NCBI GenBank assembly: GCA_965216615.1
Contig: CBDCGH010000014.1
Span: 24,369 to 88,368 of the forward strand
Length of the DNA: 64,000 nt
Source: Vicinamibacterales bacterium
GTDB lineage: Bacteria; Acidobacteriota; Vicinamibacteria; Vicinamibacterales; UBA8438
Direction of reading: 5' to 3'
Below, piece by piece: positions 19,669 through 26,168 of this stretch. Under the pieces are notes generated by a model. The model saw only the letters and a list, made by a program, of their open reading frames with translations. It was not told the origin of the DNA and searched no databases. The translations under genes and the position numbers were made by a program. The stretch's first letter is position 1, and each line of letters begins with the position of its first letter.

Positions 19669-20855
19669 CCGAGATCGGTCGTGGCCCGGTCGTTTGGCTT
19701 GTCGCAGTGCTGCTTCTCGCAGGCGGCGCGTCCGGGCCCCGGCAGGTATCCCTGAGCGGCAAAGGCGCGTACGAAGCCAGCCTCCAAACGACCGAACGTG
19801 GATTTGTCGTGGCGTGGCATGACTACCGCGACGGTAACGCCGAGATCTACGCGCGCGTCCTGGATGTCGACGGACGAGCGGCCGGCCCGGAGGTCCGACT
19901 GACCCATAGCCCTGCACTCTCCTTCGAGGCCGATGTGGCAGTTGCGGGTGACGGCACGGACCTAATCGTCGCGTGGTACGAGCACCCACGTCACGAGCCC
20001 CTAGAGGCCTGGGTCGGTCGGTCGACGCAGACAGGTGAGAGTCTGTGGCAGCGGCAGCTGGCCACATCTGGGCGCCAGGGCAGGAATCCGCTCGTCCGCG
20101 TGATCGGCAACGCGCTGTTCTGCGCCTGGGTGGAAGAGAGCGACGGCGAGACGGCTGTGTGGGCTCAGTGGTTCAACATGGCTGGGGAATCGTTGGGGGA
20201 ACGGACGCGTCTCGGGCCAGCGGGCGAGACGACGTGGAATCTCAACGCGGTGCTACACGCCGACGGCAGAGTGTGGGTCGTCTACGATGCAATCGCCGGG
20301 ACGAAAGCGGAGGAGCTCTTCCTGGTGGAGGTCGACTGGCCAGACGCGAGTAGGTCCGCGAAGGTCACTCGAGTGAGGCTGACCGATGACGACGGCTTTG
20401 CGTCAAAGTATCCAGACATCGATATAGAGGTCGAGACGGGTCGAGTTGCGTTGGCGTGGTTCGACGAGCGCGACGGAAATCGCGAGGTTTATCTCGCCGT
20501 GGTCTCGCCACAGGCATTGATGTCGGGTCTGAGCGAGGCTCAGCAGGCGAGGGTGACGGATACGCCGGATGAGTCGATCGGTGCCTATCTGGCCTGGAAT
20601 GGTGACCGCCTTGGCCTCGCGTGGTCAGACGAGGTGAGGCGGCAGCACGAGATCTTCTTTGCGCTGTACGACTCCTCAGGACGCTCTCTTGGGACGCCGC
20701 GGCGTCTCACGGCCAATCCGACCGCGTCGTTGATTCCGGCGATTGCCCGTTCGGGCGACGGTTTCGCGTTGGTCTGGAACGAGGACGTCATCGAGGACCG
20801 GGGGACCCACGAGACTGGCGGCAACTCCGAGGTCGTCTTTTCTCTGATACACTGA
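19665..20855 (+). CDS. exported repeat protein (beta-propeller-like) of unknown function
   Basis: The ATG at 19665 overlaps the CobN-like stop (ATGA). There is an N-terminal hydrophobic segment and six or seven repeats of the type (V/L)AW.D.RDGN.E(I/V)Y. Confidence 0.55.
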   Translation: MTEIGRGPVVWLVAVLLLAGGASGPRQVSLSGKGAYEASLQTTERGFVVAWHDYRDGNAEIYARVLDVDGRAAGPEVRLTHSPALSFEADVAVAGDGTDLIVAWYEHPRHEPLEAWVGRSTQTGESLWQRQLATSGRQGRNPLVRVIGNALFCAWVEESDGETAVWAQWFNMAGESLGERTRLGPAGETTWNLNAVLHADGRVWVVYDAIAGTKAEELFLVEVDWPDASRSAKVTRVRLTDDDGFASKYPDIDIEVETGRVALAWFDERDGNREVYLAVVSPQALMSGLSEAQQARVTDTPDESIGAYLAWNGDRLGLAWSDEVRRQHEIFFALYDSSGRSLGTPRRLTANPTASLIPAIARSGDGFALVWNEDVIEDRGTHETGGNSEVVFSLIH

Positions 20856-20921
20856 GGTCGCCAGAACGGGCGACCGGTGGCCGGTCGCCTACGGCAGAAC
20901 GGCGTTCTTGTGAGTAGTCAC

Positions 20922-20951
20922 TTGACTTCTGAGCGCAGTCAGGCGTAAATA
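20922..20951 (+). promoter_or_regulatory. candidate sigma70-type promoter TTGACT-N18-TAAATA upstream of the 21009 gene
   Basis: The hexamers at 20922-20927 and 20946-20951 lie in the lower-GC intergenic region. GGAGGGGG precedes the ATG at 21009. Confidence 0.35.
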
Positions 20952-21008
20952 CTCACCGTAATTACTCGGTCTGACATTGAATCCGTCGGTTTGGAGGGGG
21001 ATCTCCTG

Positions 21009-21917
21009 ATGAAAGCTCGTGCACGCATACTTTTTCGAAATGGGCTGCTTGCCGTGGTCGCAGTCGCAGCCGCGTTCGCACTGTTCTCGACCGTAGCCGT
21101 TGAGCCAGTCGCCGGTCAGACCGGGGACTACGAGCCGATGAAGACGCCCGACGGCAATGCAGACATGAACGGGATCTGGCAGGCAATTGGTGCCCACCAC
21201 CATGACATCGAGCCGCACGCGGCGCGTATGGGCCCGGTGGTCGAACTAGCGGCCCTCGGCGCGGTTCCCGGCGGCTTGGGCATCGTGGAGGGTGGCGAGA
21301 TTCCGTACACGCCGGAAGCTCGAGCCGAGCAGCAAGAGAACTTGGAGTCTTGGGTCGACCGCGACCCGGCGGCGAAGTGCTACATGCCAGGGATTCCCCG
21401 GGCAACCTACATGCCCTATCCGTTTCAGATTGTTCAGACCTCCGAGTACATCTTGATCGCTTACGAGTTCGCGAGCTCGAGCCGAATCGTCTACATGAAC
21501 CGGCCCGATATGGAGGCTCCGGTGAATACGTGGATGGGTCACTCTCGCGGCCGCTGGGAGGGGAACACGCTCGTGATTGATGTCGCCGACCAGGTCCCGG
21601 AGACCTGGCTGGATCGGTCGGGTAACCATCACAGCGATCAGATTCACGTCGTCGAGCGCTACACGTTGATCAGCGAGAATCACATCGAGTACGAGGCGAC
21701 GATCGAAGATCCCGGGGTGTACACGCGGCCCTGGACGATCAAGTTGCCGCTCTACCGTCGGGTCGACGAGAACATGCAGCTGCTGGAATACAAGTGCGTC
21801 GAGTTCGCCGAAGAGCTCATGTATGGACACCTCCGCAAGGATCCGGATCTGACGCCGGCCTACCGCGCGAGTGGCCATGGGTCGAATCGCGACATGGTCC
21901 CGGAGCCGCCGCAGTAG
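21009..21917 (+). CDS. exported hypothetical protein
   Basis: Strong SD and a signal peptide (MKARARILFRNGLLAVVAVAAAFALFS). I recognise no named domain. Confidence 0.55.
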   Translation: MKARARILFRNGLLAVVAVAAAFALFSTVAVEPVAGQTGDYEPMKTPDGNADMNGIWQAIGAHHHDIEPHAARMGPVVELAALGAVPGGLGIVEGGEIPYTPEARAEQQENLESWVDRDPAAKCYMPGIPRATYMPYPFQIVQTSEYILIAYEFASSSRIVYMNRPDMEAPVNTWMGHSRGRWEGNTLVIDVADQVPETWLDRSGNHHSDQIHVVERYTLISENHIEYEATIEDPGVYTRPWTIKLPLYRRVDENMQLLEYKCVEFAEELMYGHLRKDPDLTPAYRASGHGSNRDMVPEPPQ

Positions 21918-22021
21918 CGGTTGCTAGACGGGTGTAAGTGGGCCAGGTCAGTTTAATTTGTTGTAAAATAGAGGAGAGTTTGATGCGAAGTAACTGCTTG
22001 CTTATGGAGGAGGCGAGACCG

Positions 22022-22462
22022 ATGCGAACAAGACTAACCGTCGCGGTCGCCGGCGTGGCACTGCTGGCAGCAGCATTCTCGGTGCCGGTAGTGGCACATC
22101 ATGCGTTCTCGGCGGAGTTTGATGCGAATGTCCCGCTCCACATGGAGGGCAAAGTCGTCAAGATGGAGTGGATTAATCCCCACGCCTGGGTTCATATTGA
22201 AGTGATGGCCGACGACGGCACCGCGACTGTGTGGATGGTCGAGGGGGGAACGCCAAACACCTTGTTCCGTCGCGGCTTCACCCAGGATTCGCTGGCGATC
22301 GGGACAGAGATCGTCGTTGACGGCTATCAGGCGAAGGACGGGTCGAACAAGATGAACGGTCGCGACCTGACCTTTACCGATGGTCGGAAGCTGTTCATGG
22401 GTTCGTCCGGCACGGGCGCGCCTCAGGACGGCCGCGATGCGACCGAGCCTGGCAACAACTAG
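22022..22462 (+). CDS. DUF6152-like small periplasmic protein
   Basis: GGAGGAGG precedes the ATG at 22022. The signal peptide is cleaved before HHAFSAEFDANVPL. It is a paralog of 11192-11599. Confidence 0.6.
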   Translation: MRTRLTVAVAGVALLAAAFSVPVVAHHAFSAEFDANVPLHMEGKVVKMEWINPHAWVHIEVMADDGTATVWMVEGGTPNTLFRRGFTQDSLAIGTEIVVDGYQAKDGSNKMNGRDLTFTDGRKLFMGSSGTGAPQDGRDATEPGNN

Positions 22463-22501
22463 GCCAGCGCCGTAAGCAACAATAAGCTTCGAGAACACAG
22501 A

Positions 22502-22545
22502 CCCCTTGGGAGCGCTGCTGAGGCGCCCCCAAGGGGTTTTCTTTA
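22502..22545 (+). terminator. intrinsic (originally bidirectional) terminator: 14-bp stem (13 pairs), 7-nt loop, TTTTCTTTA tract
   Basis: CCCCTTGGGAGCGC-TGCTGAG-GCGCCCCCAAGGGG is followed by TTTTCTTTA. The IS unit is inserted into the T-tract. Confidence 0.7.
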
Positions 22546-22568
22546 GGGAATCATATACGTAACTGGAC
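22538..22568. repeat. left TSD (TTTCTTTA, 22538-22545) plus left inverted repeat IRL (22546-22568) of the IS1595-family unit
   Basis: IRL is GGGAATCATATACGTAACTGGAC. It matches the reverse complement of 26138-26160 at 22 of 23 positions. Confidence 0.85.
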
Positions 22569-22592
22569 AATCTTGCCATGATTCGGTATAAT
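22564..22592 (+). promoter_or_regulatory. candidate transposase promoter TGGACA-N17-TATAAT, with the -35 inside IRL and a leaderless ATG
   Basis: TGGACA is at 22564-22569 and TATAAT at 22587-22592. The ATG at 22600 follows only 7 nt later. Confidence 0.45.
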
Positions 22593-22599
22593 ACTGGAC

Positions 22600-23577
22600 A
22601 TGGCACGAGCACATAAAGCCCCTGGAAAAGCCCACAGGACTGGACTCTCTCTCGATCAACTCTACGCCAAGTTCCCCACCGAATCTATTGCCCGGGTATG
22701 GTTTGAGCAGGTGCGCTGGCCGGATGGTCGGGCCTGCCCGCGCTGCGGCAACATGGAGACAACCGAGGCGAAGAACGGTGGCACGATGCCCTATCACTGT
22801 AGCCCCTGTCGCCGCTACTTCAGCGTCAAGACCGGGACCGTGATGCAGTCCAGCAAGCTCCCGATCCGAACCTGGATCATCGTCATGTATCTCATGTCCA
22901 CGAGCCTGAAAGGCGTCGCCAGCATGAAGCTTCACCGGGACCTCGGCATCACACAGAAGACGGCCTGGATGATGGCGCAGAAGATCCGCGAAGGGTGGAA
23001 GTCTGGTGCGAAGCTGTCTGGCATCGTCGAGATCGACGAAACCTACATCGGCGGGAAGGAACGGAACAAGCACCGCGCGAAGCGCCAGCACGATGGACGT
23101 GGGCCGGTCGGGAAGGTCGCGGTCGTGGGTGCCATCCAGCGAGGCGGGAAGGTCGTCGCCAAGCCGATCCCGAACACCGACGAAGCCACGCTGATGGGGT
23201 TTGTCGCTGAGACGGTGTCACCGCAGTCGACGATCTACACCGACGGGAGCGCGTCCTACACGGACGCCGACGGCACCTACATCCATCAAGCGGTCAGACA
23301 CAGCGTCGGCGAGTACGTCCGAGGGCAAGCCCACACGAACGAGATCGAGAGCTTCTGGAGTTTGCTGAAGCGGGCGCACATGGGCACGTTCCACAAGCTC
23401 AGCCCGAAGCACCTGCACCGCTACGTCACCGAGTTCGCCGGACGAAAGAACGTCCGGAACGAAGATACGATCACGCAGATGGCTTGCCTCGCCCGCGGCC
23501 TGGACGGGAAGCTGATGCCCTGGAAGCTGCTGACGGCTGGCCCCCGGGCCGCTGGCCCTGCCCCAAAGACTGCCTGA
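22600..23577 (+). CDS. IS1595-family (ISXO2-like DDE) transposase
   Basis: N-terminal zinc ribbon CPRCG...CSPCRRYFSVKTGT. Catalytic-region motifs EIDETYIGG, IYTDGSASY and HTNEIESFWSLLKR. The 325-aa ORF is uninterrupted. Confidence 0.9.
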   Translation: MARAHKAPGKAHRTGLSLDQLYAKFPTESIARVWFEQVRWPDGRACPRCGNMETTEAKNGGTMPYHCSPCRRYFSVKTGTVMQSSKLPIRTWIIVMYLMSTSLKGVASMKLHRDLGITQKTAWMMAQKIREGWKSGAKLSGIVEIDETYIGGKERNKHRAKRQHDGRGPVGKVAVVGAIQRGGKVVAKPIPNTDEATLMGFVAETVSPQSTIYTDGSASYTDADGTYIHQAVRHSVGEYVRGQAHTNEIESFWSLLKRAHMGTFHKLSPKHLHRYVTEFAGRKNVRNEDTITQMACLARGLDGKLMPWKLLTAGPRAAGPAPKTA

Positions 23578-23816
23578 TCGTCGCGTCCCTGCAAATCGCG
23601 GCGGCGATCTCTTTACCGGTGGCCGGGATCGTGTTCACGATCCGATTCGTCACGGGGCGGCCTGGTTTCTTCGTTATGGCGTCTCTCCGTTTCGTCCTGA
23701 CACGGCACTGAGTAGCCCTTCAAGTAAGCCTTCCACTCTGGCCAGACGTTCGCCGTGATCACGAACATGTGTGTCCATCCGCAACACCATCCCTGCGATG
23801 CCGATGCCGACCACTA

Positions 23817-24732
23817 AAGCGCTTTTCAAATAGGCCTTGTACTACCTGGGGCGGTTGTGGTACTTCTGCGCGCACCGATGCAGGAGGACTGATGCGTGCC
23901 TATTCGATGGATCTGCGAGAGCGGGCGCTACTCGACAGCGATGCCGGGATGAAGGCGGCCGATGTGGCGGCGAAGTACCGCGTGAGCGGGTCGTGGGTGC
24001 GGCTCTTGAAACAGCGGCGGCGCGACACGGGCGAGGTGGCGCCTCGCGTCCAGCGACAGGGACGGCGCGGCATGCTTGAGCCGCACCTACACACCTTGGC
24101 CGCGCTGATGGCGGCGCACCCGGATCGCACGCTGGCTGAGCTGAAGGACGCCCTCGCCACGCCCGCGCGTGTGCCGACGGTCTGGCGCGCCGTGCGGGCC
24201 CTCGGCCTGACCGTTAAAAAAACGGTCCGGCCGTCCGAACACGATCGGCCTGACGTCGCGGCCGCGCGGGTCGCGTGGCACGCGGCGGCGCCGACCTGGG
24301 ATGTCGCCCACCTCGTGTTTCTGGACGAAACCGGCATCACCACCAATCTGCTTCGGCGGTACGGCCGGGCACCGCGCGGCGCGCGCGTCCACGACCACGC
24401 CCCCTGCGGGCGCTGGCAGACCCGCACGTTTCTCGCCGCGTTGCGGGTCACGGGGCTGACCGCACCGGGGGTCTTCGACGGCGCGATCGATGGCGAGCGC
24501 TTCCGCGCCTCCATCGAACAGATCCTGGTGCCGACCCGACAGCCCGGACCTCAATCCCATCGAGCTCTGCTTCGCGAAGCTCAAGGCCCTCGTTCGCACC
24601 GCTCGCTGTCGCAGCACCGAGACGCTCTGGCCGTTCCTCGGCGAGTGCTTGGCGCACTTCAGCCCTGACGAATGCCGCAACTATTTTCGGCACTGCGGGT
24701 ACTCGGCCGCCACACGGTCATGAAAAGCGCTT
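23817..24732 (+). mobile_element. defective IS630-family element nested in the IS1595 unit
   Basis: 15-bp perfect IRs including the TA (CTAAAGCGCTTTTCA at 23814-23828 and its reverse complement at 24721-24735). TA dinucleotides flank both ends (23815-16 and 24733-34). The element is about 916 bp, short for the family. Confidence 0.75.
23892..24723 (+). pseudogene. IS630-family transposase with an internal deletion and frameshift
   Basis: Frame 1 reads MRAYSMDLRERAL...FLDETG...ILVPTRQPG. Frame 2 then continues PDLNPIELCFAKLKAL...CRNYFRHCGY. The segment expected between them (the ..DN..H.. region) is missing. Length is 832 nt (3n+1). Confidence 0.75.
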
Positions 24733-24755
24733 TAGCACGGTCCAAGCCTCTGGTG

Positions 24756-24935
24756 TCATGCGTCCCTCCGTGCAAGCTTACGCGTCGCCCACCGATCAAT
24801 CAACACGACGCACGCGACGCCGATGACGGCAATTCCAAATGGAATCCAAGCGCTGTGAGTCGCATCGGACAACAAAAAACGACTCCCATCCGACAAGAGA
24901 AAATCTGAACCGTCCGAGAGTTTGAAAACAGACAT
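24756..24935 (-). CDS. small single-pass membrane protein (59 aa, below the ORF-track cutoff)
   Basis: GAAAGGAG lies 7 nt upstream of the ATG at 24935. My translation is MSVFKLSDGSDFLLSDGSRFLLSDATHSAWIPFGIAVIGVACVVLIDRWATRKLARRDA. Its stop overlaps an ATG (ATGA) of a second small ORF that IS630 interrupts. Confidence 0.3.
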   Translation of the reverse strand: MSVFKLSDGSDFLLSDGSRFLLSDATHSAWIPFGIAVIGVACVVLIDRWATRKLARRDA

Positions 24936-25061
24936 ACCGGACTCCTTTCTGCCGTGAAAGGCAGAGGTTGACGAGCCCGACTGTTTGGGGAGATACTGAG
25001 GGAGTCTTCTTCTCCTTCAGCATCCCCGGTTCCAGCCGGCTATCGTCGGTTAACGAGTGAA

Positions 25062-25083
25062 CGCCCCGGTTGCTGCCGGGGCG
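25062..25083 (-). terminator. candidate hairpin terminator downstream of the 25116 pseudogene
   Basis: CGCCCCGG-TTGCTG-CCGGGGCG. On the minus strand it is followed by the moderately U-rich TTCACTCGTT. Confidence 0.3.
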
Positions 25084-25115
25084 GTTTCACGTACAGCCTC
25101 TATAGGCTACCGCAC

Positions 25116-25774
25116 TCAAAACCCGAACGATGAGCCGACCTGCAACCCTCCGTGGGTCGGCACGATGGTCATATCTCGCATCACCGGGACCGTGGACCAA
25201 AATCCAGCAATCGCAGCTCCAGCCACCACCAGCGCCGCGCCGCCGTACTTCATGGCTGGGCGTCGATCTTTGAATGGAATGAACGGCCTGAACTGCCCCG
25301 CGTAAATCGTGCGGTCGCCAGAGGTGGCGACCGTTAACGCCGCAGCCCCTCCGAAAACAAGTCCGCTTTCCACTCCAAGCGCCCAGTTGGCAATCGCCTG
25401 ATCAAGGCCACCAGGAATATTGGGGAAGTAACGAATTGATCCAGCGCTATCTTCTGCAACGAGCCTCAAAAATTCTGGCGACGTGACCAGACTCGCATAC
25501 TCCTGGATCAGTGCATCATCGGAGACCGTGCCGGGGAGACCGTGCCGGGTTGTGTTGGCTGTGTTGGCTGCTTCGGTTCAATCAACAGCATCGCCGCCCC
25601 GGCCCCGGCCATCACCAGTCCAAGTGCCACACGACCAGGTGAGCGCTTCACCTTAGTCATGTCCGACTGCGGCAAGGCGATCCCTTCAGCCGCTTTGAGC
25701 ACGGTTTCTTGGGCCATAGCCAACGATGGGATCGTGAGTATTCCAGTGAGCACCAACGTACAAAGTGTCCGCAT
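25116..25774 (-). pseudogene. exported protein with a beta-barrel-like C-terminus (...GSSFGF), split by a 14-bp tandem duplication
   Basis: ORFs 25508-25837 and 25116-25469 fuse in frame if one copy of the duplication is removed (659-14=645 nt). The fused product reads ...PTQPGTVSDDALIQEYASL... The signal peptide is MRTLCTLVLTGILTIPSLAMAQ. Confidence 0.6.
25521..25548. repeat. perfect 14-bp tandem duplication GGAGACCGTGCCGG x2
   Basis: Read directly from the sequence: 25521-25534 is identical to 25535-25548. Confidence 0.95.
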
Positions 25775-25954
25775 AGCGACGGTATCCCCTTCTTGGGATT
25801 GCCCGCGACCGGAAGTGGTCACCGGGCCAGTCGCCACAACAACCTCAAGCTGTGCGCCAGGGTTCCCGCCTATTCCCCCTGGAAGGGGTGTCGTATTCAG
25901 CAGGTGGCCCGATGTCGGACCAGCCTGAGATTGTCGTGGCGATGGAAGGGTAGA

Positions 25955-26137
25955 TCAGGATAGATAGACTATGGTTGGTGACAGCAGCCGAATTCGGTGC
26001 GCCTCGCTGTCGCCAACGAGCAGTCCACCGTCGGCCTGCGCGAAGACCCCGTGCGGGCGACTCAGCTTGCAGGCGAGTGGGTCCGGCTCCGGGCCGTCAC
26101 CCCGTTCGCCGGTCCCCAGGACCGTCATGATGACACC
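25955..26137 (-). pseudogene. 3' fragment of an NHL-repeat gene, truncated by the right IR (IRR) of the IS1595 unit
   Basis: The minus-strand frame reads (L)DGVIMTVLGTGERGDGPEPDPLACKLSRPHGVFAQADGGLLVGDSEAHRIRLLSPTIVYLS*. This is an intact terminal NHL blade with no upstream part. Confidence 0.6.
25974..26137. repeat. direct repeat copy 1 (inside the IS unit) of the NHL-gene 3' end
   Basis: A 64-nt block and a 50-nt block are identical to 26176-26289 and are separated by a 1-nt indel. The remaining sequence up to IRR aligns only with gaps. Confidence 0.85.
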
Positions 26138-26168
26138 GTCCAGTTACGTATATAATTCCCTTTCTTTA
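26138..26168. repeat. right inverted repeat IRR (26138-26160) plus right TSD (TTTCTTTA, 26161-26168) of the IS1595-family unit
   Basis: IRR is GTCCAGTTACGTATATAATTCCC. The TSD contains the stop codon (TAA on the minus strand, 26166-26168) of the resident NHL gene. Confidence 0.85.

Larger units (their letters stand above)
22546..26160 (+). mobile_element. IS1595-family transposon-like unit (3,615 bp) carrying passenger DNA and a nested IS630 element
   Basis: It has 23-bp terminal IRs, a perfect 8-bp direct duplication TTTCTTTA on both flanks, and an intact IS1595-type transposase at the left end. Confidence 0.8.

Noticed and set aside
14230-20067. Long antisense ORFs (e.g. 14230-15222, 15223-16335 and 18952-20067; also 35873-37171, 41994-43097 and 47562-48524)
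   Set aside because: They lie opposite well-supported genes. They are Arg/Pro/Ala/Ser-rich with no motifs, as expected for stop-poor alternative frames in high-GC DNA.
20858-20915. Overlapping alternative hairpins (GGTCGCC/GGCGACC/CCGGTCGCC, AGAAC/GTTCT) after the 19665-20855 gene as an attenuator
   Set aside because: There is no U-tract or leader peptide. They are most simply GC-rich stem-loops at an operon end.
23578-23813. Expected right IR of a simple ~1.1-kb IS1595 immediately after the transposase gene
   Set aside because: No sequence resembling GTCCAGTTACGTATA... occurs there. The only matching IR is at 26138-26160, and it is validated by the 8-bp TSD.
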